The position numbers and the translations under genes are program-made. The notes beneath the pieces were generated by a model. It was not told where the DNA came from and ran no database searches. It saw nothing but the letters and a program-made list of their open reading frames with translations. Shown piece after piece: positions 37,434 through 50,203 of a stretch of DNA of 64,000 nucleotides (positions within the stretch are counted from its first letter, which is position 1; the number at the start of each line of letters is the position of its first letter). The DNA is from Phyllosticta citribraziliensis (taxonomy: Eukaryota): the NCBI RefSeq assembly GCF_038025025.1, contig NW_027117346.1, positions 1,550,001 to 1,614,000 of the forward strand, given 5' to 3'.

Positions 37434-37947
37434 ATAATTGAAGCTTCACTGGCAATGGTCCGGGGCTCAGCTGAAGAAACATCTTCAAGCGAGAAAGTGG
37501 GTAAGTTTTGCGGTGCTGCGTCATTGGTTCGGTAGTGACATTCTGCAGGCTGACTGAGAAGCACCATGATCTGGAGGCTGTGAGAGCCCTGAGCTTAGTC
37601 AGTGGCTTCTCTATATTCGTGGCTGTGGTGCTTTCTTTCCTTCATGGACACCTCCCATCTCCTCTCCTATCTATTCCTTTGCGCCAATCGGAATTTGCTC
37701 GCCCATGCACCGGGAGCGCTGCCACCGCATTTCTGTATCTGGCCTTTCTCTCGAAACCCGCTTGTCCGGTCCACTCGATTCCATTCTCGTTGAAAGCAAA
37801 GCCCCGCGGCGAGGCTGTTCTGGCGTACCACGTAGCCCTGCTACGCTTTGCTTGTCCTGCACCACGTGTCCTACAGCAGCCCCTCTTCATCTTTCAGCCT
37901 TTCCGTCCCCAACATATTCGGCACAAACGATTCCGCGCGCTGTATAG

Positions 37948-40900
37948 ATGGCGTCCAGCAACGCACAACCTGGGCCTCCTCAGGTACTCCCTCAGTAAGC
38001 TCCTCTGACCCGCCACAGCCTAAATCAAAGTTGATTCGCTTAAAGCGCATCGAACCAGCTCTGGGAAAAAGCTGCCAAAAGCCTGAGCGAAGACGATCGG
38101 CAAACCATCGACGCATCAAGGGCCAACAAAATCGACGTGCTCAACGACGTGCTCACGCTGGTCGAATCGAAGAGACAACTCTGTCGGGACAAGGCATGGA
38201 GATGGCCGAAATCTAACGGAGAGCAAATCATTCTGCGCGATTTGTGTGAGAAGACTATCAGATGGGTCGACAAATTCAAGCAGGTAGGAGATGTCGCTGT
38301 GCAATACGATCCTGTACACGCTTCCTTACCATGGGCTGGCGTCCGTTTCATCCTTCAGTTGGTCGTGAGCGACTCAAGGTTATTTGCAACAATGATGGAA
38401 GGAGTCGAGGGCGCATCTCGTCTTATCACCCACTGCGCGATTCTGGAGGACCTCTGTCTCAGATCATCCTCGCCAGCAATCAGCAACCTCGCGGAAGCTT
38501 TGGTCAAGTTATACGCTGCTATCCTGCTCCATCTCGCAAAGGCAGGAAGATACTTCGGTAGAAGTACACTGAGTATGTGTCTGTTCTTCTGTTTGCTAGT
38601 CCTTTACTGGCCACAGTAAGCAGAACGTATAGGACAAAGCCTTGTCGAGACTGAAGACAGTGTCAAATCTCAATGGAATGTTGTCATCGAAGCCGAGAAG
38701 GATGTGGAGCGGTGCTTTGGAGCAGTCGGACACGAGACTTTGGTTGCCGTTGACACGAAACTTGACGACCTGCTCCAATCTCTCGACCAACCGATCAACC
38801 GAATGGTCTCTCAATTATCTGAGCTTCACGACTCTTTCAAAAAAGAGGAAAGACAAGCACTTCTTCAGTGGTTGTCCAGAATCCCCTACAAAGAGCATCA
38901 TAAGCGAATCAATGACGAACGCCTTTCTGGATCGGGGGACTGGCTCCTCAAAAAACAAGCCTTTGCGCAATGGATTCAATCCAGTAGTTCCTCAATCTTC
39001 TGGCTTCATGGTGCCCCAGGAGCTGGCAAGACGCACCTAACTTCACTAGTGATCGACCGCTACCTCAAGCAAGGAAATCGCCAATCGCCCATGGGGCTTT
39101 CTGCTTTTTTCTACTGCAATCTTGGCGAGGCAGGTCGCTCTAGCCCCGAGGAGATCCTGAGATGCCTTCTGAAGCAACTTTGCTCAGCAACAGCCAAGGA
39201 GCCTATTCGGGAGCCAGTCGCGACCACTTACAGACGCAGGAAAGAAGAGGCTGATGACGATGGTGGCGATCCCTTCAAGTTATCAATCAAGGAATGCGTG
39301 AGCCAAATTGTGGCAATTTTCGACGAAAACCCCGGAATTCTGGTCGTCGACGCTCTGGACGAATGCGACCCATCTCGGAGATATTATCTGCTTGAAGCTT
39401 TGGACGAAATCATTCAACTATCGTCGAATCTTGTCAAGATCTTTGTCTCGAGCCGAAACGACGACGACATTGTTAGACGGTTGCAAAAGTGGAGAAATAT
39501 ACAGGTTCATGTCGAAGACAATGGGGACGATATCAAAGACTTCGTGAACTTAGAGTTGAGGAAAGCCATCACCAGTGGCCGCCTCCTCAAAGGCGCTGTC
39601 TCTCGACAAATGGAGAGCGAAATACGCGAAGCGCTCATCAAGGGCTCCCAGGGCATGTAAGTCTCGAATGTGTCTTCGTTTACTGGGTCACAAGACTAAC
39701 CAGGACTCCCTCAAGGTTCCTTTGGGCCAGTCTTCAAATTCAAAACATCACTGATCACCAACGCTTCAAACTCGAAGCCGACGTTAGAGCCGAACTAGGA
39801 AAGCTTCCAGACTCCCTGAAAGGATCCTACCACAAGATCTATCAGCAAATACTCAACTCCGGTCCACAAAGCAGATCATTGGCTCAAAGCGCTCTCGCAT
39901 GGATCATGTGTTGGCAAAGTTACCCAGACGCTCATAACCTTTTATCCGCCATCAAATTCAGCAGCGACGATTGCAAATATGCTTCAATGTCCGACGTGCT
40001 TGATGTGTGTTGCAACTTGGTCATACTCGACAGTCCGACGTCATCCGATCCCGGTTTTCGTTTCGCTCATCTATCTGTACAAGAGTTCCTCATGGACTTG
40101 GAGGATTTCACGCCATTCAAGATTCACTTACAAGCCGCGAAATATTGCCTCTACATAATGGATCTCGGCTACCAGAGGAGACTCTCTTTGCTGGGCACAC
40201 GACTTTTCTACGACCCTCTAAGCAATGCTCTTCGCTATTTTTCTACTCACGCTCGCTTCTTTCAAGACGTTTGGAGAGAAAATGACGACGTTAAATCCAT
40301 CCTGGAGAAATTTGCGGAGCTTTACATCTCAGTTCCCAGGAAGAGGCTCTACATGGATCTTCCGCCGGAATATGTTCCGCTACCATGTTCTGTATTATCG
40401 GCCGCATCGGTGAATCTCTCGTCTCTCGTCGACATACAACACAGCCAAGGCCGGCTGAATCTAAGTCCAGCGCAGCAATTTGAATGCCTTCGGAAATCCG
40501 CATGGCTTGGAAATTCAGACTCATTCTGGACATTCGTGCGTCATTTTGGGCTCCGATCTGCTGATCTCATATACCTGGCGGCCGACGCTGTGAGCTTACA
40601 AAAACGTCGGGACTACTGTGAAAAAGCTCGGCAACAAAACCGTCCCCAAATCATGCTTCGGCTTTTGGAGTACGACAAATTGCCATTCTCGAAGGTTGTT
40701 CTTCACGCTCTCATAAACGACCACTCATTCGCCTGTCATCTGAAATCCTATGTCACTGGTTGGGCAATAGACAATGGCAATAAGCTGTCGAAACCAAGTT
40801 CTTTCTTGGAAGTGACCCAAGGCCATAATAGGGAGGTCTTGATGGGACTTCTCGACTCAGACCTGCTGCTAAGACCTGCGGATATTGAGGAGTTGATGAA

Positions 40901-41300
40901 AGAACTACAATCGGATGAAGAAGTCATGCAGCTACTTGTCTCCAAGAAGCAATCGGTCCAGGATGCGATCGCTGCCTTTCAGGAAGATCAAGAACCACGT
41001 AATTGGTATTTCTCTGATTTGTCCAATGAAGGATTCACAATGCTTCCGGCCTTCTTCGTGGAGCTTTGGTTTTCGTTTGGTTTTCACGATTTTGGTCTTG
41101 GTGATGGCAGAACCGTCTCTGTATTGGTTTCCGAACTCCAGCAACATCGAGGATGGATCAAGCTCTCAGACGCTGGCACTGAAGTATTGAGGAGAGAAAT
41201 AAAAGCAAGGGAAATCGATGAAAACAACATTGAACGAAGCGAAGCGAGGTACGAGAAGAAGAGGAGATACGAGATACGGAACAGAAGAGGTTATAACTAA
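37948..41300 (+). CDS. Fungal NLR-like NACHT/STAND NTPase with a helical N-terminal domain (NWD-NACHT-N type)
   Basis: LWEKA...FKQVGDVAVQYDPVHASLPWAGVRFIL, Walker A GAPGAGKT, Walker B ILVVDALDEC, IFVSSR, GM|FLWASLQ and FAHLSVQEFL. Probably 3 introns. Confidence 0.88.
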
Positions 41301-41881
41301 AGATCAAAACCGACTCTTTACTACCGTGCTTACAGCAACAGCAACCTCTCATTCCCCAACTCTGCTGGCATCAGGGGAGCATTCATGCATGCGGTGCAGG
41401 ATGGTGATCATGCGCGGGCAGTGGTTGTGTGACGGACTTTTTTCTTGTTCCAACGATCTGTCTTAGGTCTTCAAGTGTCAGACTCTCCTTCCGAGGACCT
41501 TTTCTCAGCTTCGGAGTGATGGAATGGTTGATAGCAGCAGACTTCATCGCATAGAAGAATTCTAAGAGAAGTGTTTCCTAACAGCCGCAATTTTGCTCAA
41601 CGAAGTTGGCAACTCTAGCGTCTGCACTTGGGAAGCATTCGTTTGCTAACATTGTTGTGCCTAGGGAGCAGTCATCTGCAGTTACAGTTGGTGTTTATGG
41701 CGCTGTTGTTTATTCATGCAGCCAGGCACAGGGAGTTTCGTTTCTTCCAATACCCCCCTTGAATTGCAGCCCTGAGGAACTGGAACCTGTCTGAAGATTT
41801 ACGGACATCATCATAAAAGTCTAATGATCTGCACATGCCACACTGTATGTGACATCCCCCACAAAACCCCTACGCCGTCCA

Positions 41882-44800
41882 CTATCTGTCTGCTCTCCCG
41901 ACATCAATGCCAAACCTCTTCGCCTCGCCCTGCACTCCCGAACTCCACCAGCCAAGCGAAAAGACGTAGCCCTGCCACACGCCGCGTCGTTCCAACTCCT
42001 CATTGTCCCACCACTGCGCCTCGCCATGGAATTTCTCCGAGCTGAACATCTCCATGTTGCCAGCCAGCAGGCTCGCGCCCGCCGCAATCGACGCCGGATT
42101 CTTGGGCAGCACGCGGCGCGTGTCCATGACCCAGAACGACAAGCCGATGCACAGCGCCAGGGCGAGGAGCAAGCCGTCGAGGATGCGCGTCGACACGGCG
42201 CTCTGCTTAAGCCGATAGACGTGCGGGTTCGTCAGCGTCGCTGTCGTCGTGGCGGCAGGGGCGCGCGGCGCGTTGGCGTCGAACGGGACGCGGATGGCCA
42301 GGTTGGCCGTCTGCGCGACCACGATGCGATAAATGTGCGTCAAGCGCGCCACGATCTTGCTGAGTCCGGAGTCGTCCATGTATTCGCGCATTGGAAAGGC
42401 TTTGGGGTCCTCGGTGGTGCCCAACTGATAGATGACGGCTTGGAAGGCGGGGTCGTAGAAGCCGGATGTGGGCCCCGCGAAGTTGGCGGAGCCGAAGATG
42501 GAGGGAATCATGGCCGAGGGGAAAGCGGGCATGAAATCCGTGGCAAAGGTCTGGTTGGAGAAGGTCAGGGGTGGGATGCTGGTGTCGATTTCTGCGTCGA
42601 GAATGGCGAGGGACGTTGCGGAGAGAGTGACGGAGGTGGAAAATTGTTGAATCTTAAAGGCGCAAGTGAAGGCGCGCCAGTTGGAGTCGTTTGTTCCGTA
42701 GGCTCCGCAAAGAGTGTTGCCAAAGGTGGCGTCCGTGTCGTCCGTGTTGGCAATGTCAAAGAAGCCAAAGGCATCAGATCCAGGCAACGGCCATGCTCCT
42801 TGCATGCTACAACCCAGATCCGTGTATTGGGTGAAGTTGACATTGCCGTAGAGCCAGTCTGAGATATTTTTTGGTGCTCCAGGGGTTTGCGAACAGTTGA
42901 GATCGCCCCTAATTGCTGCAAGTCGTGTAAACAGCTTGCTTCCGTCGTTGGCAGTAAAGTTTGAGAGACGATCTTGCATCACTGCGTCCTGAAATTTGAC
43001 CTCAGGAAAAGCCAGCTCTTGATGCGTCCAGGCCGGAAAGGAAAAGTTTTGTGTTGTGAGCAGTCCAATGTTGAGCGAGGCTTGCTTGAAGGCATCGTAA
43101 TTTGCCCCTTGGCCCAAGTCGTCTGCCCGAAAAGACGAGTTGAACTGATTGACAGTGGATAATGTGACGAGCTGACGAGTCTCTGTTGGCTGTGCAGTGT
43201 AAAGACCGCTGACGACGATCGTCAAAAGAGGAGCCATGAGCATGGTGACAGCCATCAGGAATACGGGAAAGTGCCCATTCATCGCGGAATGCCAGAGAGA
43301 CTGCACCGCCGTCTTCGAAACATATTCCCTGACAATGTCGTCGCGCGTACTGGAATACTTGGTGCGCAGGACGTAGAATGGAAAGATAAAGACAACGCCA
43401 AAGGCAATCGTTCCAACCAAAGTTTGTGCAATCAACATCACAATGGCAGGGACATAGACCCAAACGAAGCGGATGTATCCTTGAGCGTCGACTTGGGCCA
43501 GTCCGTTTCTTTGCTCGGATTTCCAGTAGAGGATTTCAAGAGCGACAGCCACCAGAACGAGTGAAACCGCAACAATGATCTTGAAGATGGGCAAGATTGA
43601 CAGCGGACGCCACCACTTGATTTTCTTGTCCTTCTCCCGGGTATTCTCCACAGAAGATACGTCGCCCTTGTTTTCTGTGAGTATCTCGACCGAGAAGTGG
43701 CACCTGCTTTCGGCATTCTTGACTACACTTTGGCATTTGGTCCCCAATAGGTGTGAACGAATGCTTTCGATTTCGGAAGAGCCTTGGTGACATAGCCTAT
43801 CCAGGAGCGAGGGACTGTTGGCAAGAATGAGTGCCAGGCTTCCGATGGTGGAGGGATCGCGGGGTGTAAAGTTGCGGGGCGCAATGGAGAGCATCGCAAG
43901 AGCAACACCAATTTTCAAGACCAGGGAAGCTGCCATGAGGTACAGCGAGAGTCCTCTGACGCGAAGACGTTGCGCTGTCGAGTAGCATGTCCCAGTCAAT
44001 TCCTTTTTGACTGGATTCATGAGATCTTGCCGGGCCATTTGCGCGGTTGCCATACGGAACAGATCGTTCGAGGTTTTTTTCAAAGTGTCGGGACTTTTGA
44101 GCTCACTCATAGTGTATGTGTTGTTCGCGAAGGTCTCCAGAAATGCCCACATCTGCAACCAAGGCTTCGCAGCCAGTGAGCTGTACGCGTATGGATTGTC
44201 CAGGATTAATCCCGCAGCTTCGGTTGATGTCTGAAGGCCCTCCAACAAATCCCATCCAGCGAATCCAAGGGACCCAGCAGCGGGCTTTGAGTCTTTGGAA
44301 GCGTTACCAAGGAGATTACCGGCCAAGTCTGTCCTGACGAGCACATTGCTGATCTTGTATGTGGGATTGCAAACAAGAGTCGTGGTTTGATCCGGAAGTA
44401 TCGTCGTGTTGAACGAATACCCGGAGACATTCTGGTAGATGCGGCCAACTACGACTACAAGGCGTCTTGGGTCCGGATTTTCCGTCGTCGACGTGCAATT
44501 GATTGGGAACACATCTCCGAAATCGCACTCATCACTTGCGGGATCACTGTCATTACAACCGTTCCCATAGGTCATGTTTCTGACTTGACATGAGGGCGAG
44601 TCGATGTCAATGTGTACGTCAATGCTGTGGCAATGGACATCTGAGCAGAAGGTGTCGTAAGACTTGATCTTGGCCGTCTCACAATTCAGCTCTCCTTGGA
44701 AAGCGCGAGCGAAGCTCTCAATCTGGAAATTTCCAGAATCTGAATGATTGTGAGCAATCAAAAATCCTTCTTGAAATTAGAAAGAACTTACCAGGAAAGG

Positions 44801-45587
44801 GGCTGGATAGGTTGAGTGTTTGAAATGCCAAGTTTCTAGTTGTACCAGGCGTGTAAGCCAAAGTTCCATTGTTTATCGCGAGGGTTGACAGGACCGGGGA
44901 ACTTCCAATCGCGGACGATTCGAAGCTATTGACAAAATCATTTGAGGCGATCAGTTGGCAGTTTGGATGCACGATCTGAGTGTTTTGAAGAACCAAGAGG
45001 CCGGTGGACGCGACTGTGAGCAGCTTGATCAGGAGCGAGCCGATAATTGTGATTACAACGGGCCAATGGGCGTGGCGCAAAGACTTGAAAAAAGCCTCAG
45101 TCTCCGACACGGTGATGTAGTCGATTAAGAGGGTGTCGGATGAAGATGTCGGCTTCTTTTGAAGTAAAACCCACGGTATCGCCTGCTTTGTCCTGTGCTC
45201 AACTTGGCCCCATAACGCTGCGGCGATTGCCAGCACTGTTGAAATCGTCAGCGGCCTGGATATGACGACGAGAGCGAAGGAATTACCAGCGGTTGGACCA
45301 TATGTCCACAGATAATGGTTCGTGGACTTTGCCGTCGCGATTCCATTCTTTTTGGTGTCCACAGCCGCCAAAACAACAAGTCCAAGCAGGAGGACAAGGT
45401 AGCAAGCAACAAAGCCGAGTATGCTCTTCTTTTGCAGGAATGACGGCGTCCATCCTGGCAAAGTTTCGCTCATTCTTTCTGTTTCGACGTCGTGGAAGCT
45501 AGATAAGCTTGCACTTTGGATATGTTCTCTTCTTCCTTTGGTTTTCGTGGTGCTTTCCTTGGGAGATGCGACCTGCGACATCGCCAT
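41882..45587 (-). CDS. Large multi-pass membrane protein with two DUF3433-like domains
   Basis: YLWTYGPTA..LWGQVEHRTKQAIPW and a second FVWVYVPA domain, plus PRDPSTIGS and LPKNPASIAA motifs. Two introns (~45238-45288 and ~44741-44791). Confidence 0.82.
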
Positions 45588-45767
45588 GTGGGAGTCGAGT
45601 TGGTACCGCAGATGAGTGCACAAATGCCTCCGAGGGACCACATAGCATTTGCCAGAGACTTTCCGGTATCTTGTGGACAGTCTAAACAAGCCATGATGAG
45701 GTGGTGGCGTCGTGGAACTTTGAAGGTTGAGCCACAAAGGGTGTCGAAAGAGATGAGATACGGCAGT

Positions 45768-45881
45768 GAACGAATGCTCCAAGCGCAACTGCAGCAGTGC
45801 ATGAACGCTTTTTAAGCGCAGCTGCAGCAGCATATGAATGCTTCTTGAGTGCAGTCATGGTAGCGAACGAATGCTCCCTAG
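45768..45881. repeat. 31-33-bp degenerate tandem repeat, about 3.5 units (copy B)
   Basis: (GAAC/GCAT/ATAT)GAAYGCTYY recurs at 45768, 45799, 45832 and 45865. Confidence 0.75.
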
Positions 45882-46752
45882 ACGCACTCATGCTTCTAGG
45901 AGGTCTTGTTTCTTCGACAATCACTGTGGGGCGAAACCTCGCGCCAAATGCTTAGCGCTGACAAGACGATGGGATAAAACAAGACCAGATCCGCGACAGG
46001 CACAAGCGCCGCCAACACGACTATTTTTACCCAGTGCGAATGCCAACATCTCGAGCGCTGTCGGAAGATTCGCGGTCGTGATGAAGCAAACTTCTACGAC
46101 CGTCCTGTTTCTTTGCTCACAGACTCATTTATACTTCCAAGGCAAAATTTTCCTGATAGAATCGAGCGTCGTCCTATCCTAGATGTGGAAAACGCTTGGG
46201 ATTAGGACATCGAAATTGAGATGCGCAAATGGGAAGACAAGGAGCTTACTTAAAAGATTGTCCTCAGCAACCGCTCCCTGGCCGCAACTGTGAGAGCAAA
46301 CGGACACTCCTGGTATGTACACAGCCAGCTCCATCCGGGAGGCGGTGGAAAGAAGGAAGAAATTACAATATTATGTAGAGTAGGTAGGTAGTAGTTATTT
46401 AAAAGGGGTACGTCCGAATCGAAGCCTGTACGTCCATCTGTCCGTTTATCTGACCATTCCCATCAATCCTTCCGTATCCATGACCATAACCATGTCCGAG
46501 AAAACCACATGAGGAGGCTCCGATGCCAACCTCGACGTCTGTACTGAAGTTATGTAGGAAATATGGTCCTGTGCTCGCTGGCTTGCTTGCTCGCTCGCAG
46601 TAAAGACCGTAGAGATGGAGAGCAAGCTGCTGCGGTGATATTGTCGTCGCCCAAACGCCAGATTTGCACACATGAATACATCCACGCCACGCCACGCCAA
46701 AGAAAGCTGTCGCAACTCGAATCGATGTCATTCCTCCGCCGCGCTGCTGCAA

Positions 46753-49449
46753 CTACATTACACAGCATTTGTCCTTTCCCTCGCCGACCTCGCCCGCCTG
46801 CGCCCCCGTCCCGTGGCCATCAGGGATGCGATCAATCAAGCGCCCACCAGCTGCACCACCAGCTCCAGTCGTCTGCCGCCGCCCTCTGCCCCTCGCCACC
46901 ATCGCCGCGCCGCGGCCCCTGCCAGATCCGCGACCCTCGCCACCGAGGTAGTAGCTCTGTGACGTGGAGGCATACGCCGACTGGCCACGGCCGTGTCGCG
47001 CAGCAGCAGGATTGCTGGGAGGGTTCGGCAAGCCCGAGGGCGGATTGTAGACGGGCGAGTTTTGCGCCTGTTCGTAGGTCGGCGGCGGCGGTTCGTCGCC
47101 ATCGTCGGCAGGACGATGCGTTGTTTGGGCTTGTTGTGGACCGGTGCGGCGGGGCGGGATGAGAGGGCGAATGTCGTTGTTCCGGATTGTGTCCATGATG
47201 CGCGAGGGGTTCGGGTTCGGGCTGGGGTTGGGGTTGGGGCTGGGGCTGGAGGCGGAGCGCTGGTTGTTGCGCGAGGCTTCGTTGCCGAGAAACGACTGCG
47301 AGAGCTCGTTTTCGCGTCGCCGTCGTGCTTCGGTCTCGCGGCGGTGACGATCCTCTTCTTCCTCCTGAAGTTGCAGAGCGAGGGCAAGATCGGCATCTTC
47401 CTGCTCGGTGCGGGAGCTTTTGACCTGACCCGAGGAGTCGAGGGTGCCGGATTCCTGAGGAGAGGTGACGCCGGCGTCGGTATGAATGTTGCCAGCGCCA
47501 CTGGTATGCCGTTTTCGATGCTGAACAGGTTGCCAGCCGCTATCGTCATCCACAACGGCGTCGTTTCGACGGTCTCCCGTCGACCTCTCTGCTTGTTGAC
47601 CGTGAGAGACGGGTCTAAAATCGCCAGAGAAAAGCTCCGACCCCTGCCCCTTTACATCAACGAGACTCTCCCACACAATCTCCTCATGGCTTGCGTAGCC
47701 AGCATCTGTAACAAGCGAAAGGATTCTCTCGGTCTTGGGATGTTTGTATACGGTGGAAAAGTGGTCGTTGCGGAACAAGATGGCAATTTGGCCCGACTTC
47801 AAGGTTCTTCTCATGACTTCCAGACCATGATCCGTCAACTGTGTCGAGTAGTTCCTGAAAAAGTCCTCCATCGTCAAAAGATCTTCGTAAAGCGCCTGCT
47901 CGTCCGAGGAAAGCCCAGTCGACGTCAGCTTGATATCAAGCTCCTCCTTATGGAACTGGACATTTTGCGCATCTTCATATGTTTTTGCGCGCCGATCGAA
48001 AGCCGCATAGGCCCGAGAATCCCGAGGAGGCAGCCATCCATGAATGAGGGGAACGCCAAATGTGCTGTAAAGGCGCATCTCTCGCGTCTGCTCGAAATCG
48101 CCTGCCGCTGAAGAGTCCGATGCGACAAATCGGGGGTTGACATTCATGCCAGTGTGTAGTGCGAGAAGAAAGGCGTACAAGTCACCCACGTCTGGGAGAC
48201 TCTGAGCCGCGGCGCTATTAGGACCAGACATCAATTCTTCAAACACGGCGTCCAAGAGGAGGCCAAGGCTGACTGTTTCCCGATTTTCCAGTGTTTCCAT
48301 AAGTGGAGTCTGCCGGCCCTCTGGCGCATTAAGGATGAGCGCATTCACCAGCGCAAGCAAGGGGCAGGGACCATTAGCATTTTGGGTCAAGACGGGGGCG
48401 TGGCGCAATTTGTTTGTTCGTGAGTCGAGCCAACGAACATGTCTGATCGAGTAGTGTTCTCTTCTTTGCCGTGATTGTTGGCTCGCAGGGGTCTCAGCAG
48501 TCGGGCTTGCTTCTTGCGGGCGTGCTGGCTTTGGAGGAGGAATGTCGTCTTGCGCTCTTCGCGGTGGCAACGCAGGTGGTATATCCTCTTGCTTCATCGG
48601 CGGCATGACAGGCGCGGTTTGAGCCTCTGGCTCCATTTCCGTTTCCAAAGCCATCATCGCTGGTTGAATACGTTCATCCGGTACTACCGACTGCGATGGC
48701 GCAGCATTTTGCTTCCCGTCTGCAGGCTCTTCGTCGACAGGAGCGTCCAACAGATGCGATTCTTGTCTTTGGGGATTCTGATCGACGAGAGACATTTTTG
48801 AAAAGGCATCTACCGGCGTGCTGTTGTCCAACGGCATTTCCACCGGCACTTGCTGTACTGCTGCCGCGGCAGAGCCTTCCCACAATGGCTTCCTCTCTCC
48901 CTCGTCGCTGCTTTGTCCAGTTGTCTGAAGGCGCAAATACGGATTTTGCGACTGGAGCGGTATCGTCGGTCGGTGTTGAGCCGAGGGCGATTCATCTTTC
49001 TTTGGCGACTCCTCATTCTTTGGGGCTTCGTCGTTCTTGGCGTCGGGTGTGGGCGTCTGGACTTCAGGGAAAGGTGGCCGATCTTCGTCCTCGACAGATA
49101 TCCTGGGTACTGGGCTCCCGCTCGGTGGCCCAACTCTCAACGGTGCTGGCAGGGTCGCATCTTTGTTCGCCGCTATACTGGACTGCCGCCGACCAGCGCC
49201 CACCTTCAATGGAGCGGGGACCTCATCGTCCGAGTCTCCAGGCTCTTCCCAGTCCGAAGTCTCGCTGGCGGAGGAGTTGGTTCTCGAGGTAGCCGGGCGA
49301 GCGTCTTCGTGGTTGACGAATTGGTAGGCCGAGGCATCGTAGGGAGATGAGAGTGGGGGAGGGTGCTCGTCTGGCGGCGTGGTGGGGTAAGGTGGATTAT
49401 GCATGGCCTGGGAGAGGGGCACTGGGACGAGATCTGGTTTGCGGACCAT
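46753..49449 (-). CDS. MINDY-family (DUF544) deubiquitinase, Miy1-like
   Basis: Catalytic Cys motif QNANGPCPLLAL, His motif FRNDHFST, MIU-like EQEDADLALALQLQEEE and a C-terminal CCVM. Confidence 0.92.
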   Translation of the reverse strand: MVRKPDLVPVPLSQAMHNPPYPTTPPDEHPPPLSSPYDASAYQFVNHEDARPATSRTNSSASETSDWEEPGDSDDEVPAPLKVGAGRRQSSIAANKDATLPAPLRVGPPSGSPVPRISVEDEDRPPFPEVQTPTPDAKNDEAPKNEESPKKDESPSAQHRPTIPLQSQNPYLRLQTTGQSSDEGERKPLWEGSAAAAVQQVPVEMPLDNSTPVDAFSKMSLVDQNPQRQESHLLDAPVDEEPADGKQNAAPSQSVVPDERIQPAMMALETEMEPEAQTAPVMPPMKQEDIPPALPPRRAQDDIPPPKPARPQEASPTAETPASQQSRQRREHYSIRHVRWLDSRTNKLRHAPVLTQNANGPCPLLALVNALILNAPEGRQTPLMETLENRETVSLGLLLDAVFEELMSGPNSAAAQSLPDVGDLYAFLLALHTGMNVNPRFVASDSSAAGDFEQTREMRLYSTFGVPLIHGWLPPRDSRAYAAFDRRAKTYEDAQNVQFHKEELDIKLTSTGLSSDEQALYEDLLTMEDFFRNYSTQLTDHGLEVMRRTLKSGQIAILFRNDHFSTVYKHPKTERILSLVTDAGYASHEEIVWESLVDVKGQGSELFSGDFRPVSHGQQAERSTGDRRNDAVVDDDSGWQPVQHRKRHTSGAGNIHTDAGVTSPQESGTLDSSGQVKSSRTEQEDADLALALQLQEEEEDRHRRETEARRRRENELSQSFLGNEASRNNQRSASSPSPNPNPSPNPNPSRIMDTIRNNDIRPLIPPRRTGPQQAQTTHRPADDGDEPPPPTYEQAQNSPVYNPPSGLPNPPSNPAAARHGRGQSAYASTSQSYYLGGEGRGSGRGRGAAMVARGRGRRQTTGAGGAAGGRLIDRIPDGHGTGAQAGEVGEGKDKCCVM

Positions 49450-50203
49450 GTGGCCGTCCGAACAAGTAACTAAGGGAAGGATTCAAGATTGGCGAAGTGG
49501 TATGCAGGCAGCCACGGAGCTGACGGCCTGTCTGCGGCGCGATTCCGCGTTGGGTATTTTGGGATGCGACAGAGGATACGAATAGGTGGAGAGGTCGGAG
49601 AGGGACGAGGTGGCGAGAGGGAGGTAGAGGAGGAAGAGGCGGAAGAGGCGTGAGAGGAGCCGATGGCTTAAGTCTGCGTCGAGAGGACACGGGCTCAGCA
49701 GGTGGTGGTGGTGGTTAGGTACATGTAGGTTGGCGCCGCCGGCCGATGACGCGGAGCGGCTGTGTGGCTGAGCACTCGTTCTTAATGGCCACAAGTTTTG
49801 GAGTTTCACAACATTGCCGAAGCCGTGCCCTTTCAACAAGACGGAATCGCGACATGTCTTTCCAAATTGAATGACTTCCCTTGTACCTCGCAGTAGCTAC
49901 ATGTAAACAACCGAAGAAGCCCAAAAGATCTCTCGTTATTCTTCCTTCCAGTAACCAATATAACGTCAGCACTGTAGCCACACCCATCTGCCGGGATTCT
50001 ACCGAAAGTGGCGGTGCACCATCACAAAGTCTAGGTGGTCCGTGCGCTTGTCGGAGACGATCCGCCCGCGGGCTTGTTCACAATTTCTACCTCGACATTC
50101 TTCACAGTCGCAACTCCACCTCCCCACTGAATTTAGGGCCATGGCTTAATACATACAGCAGCGTCAAAGCCACCACCTCACTTGGCTCGTCGAAATTTCC
50201 ATC

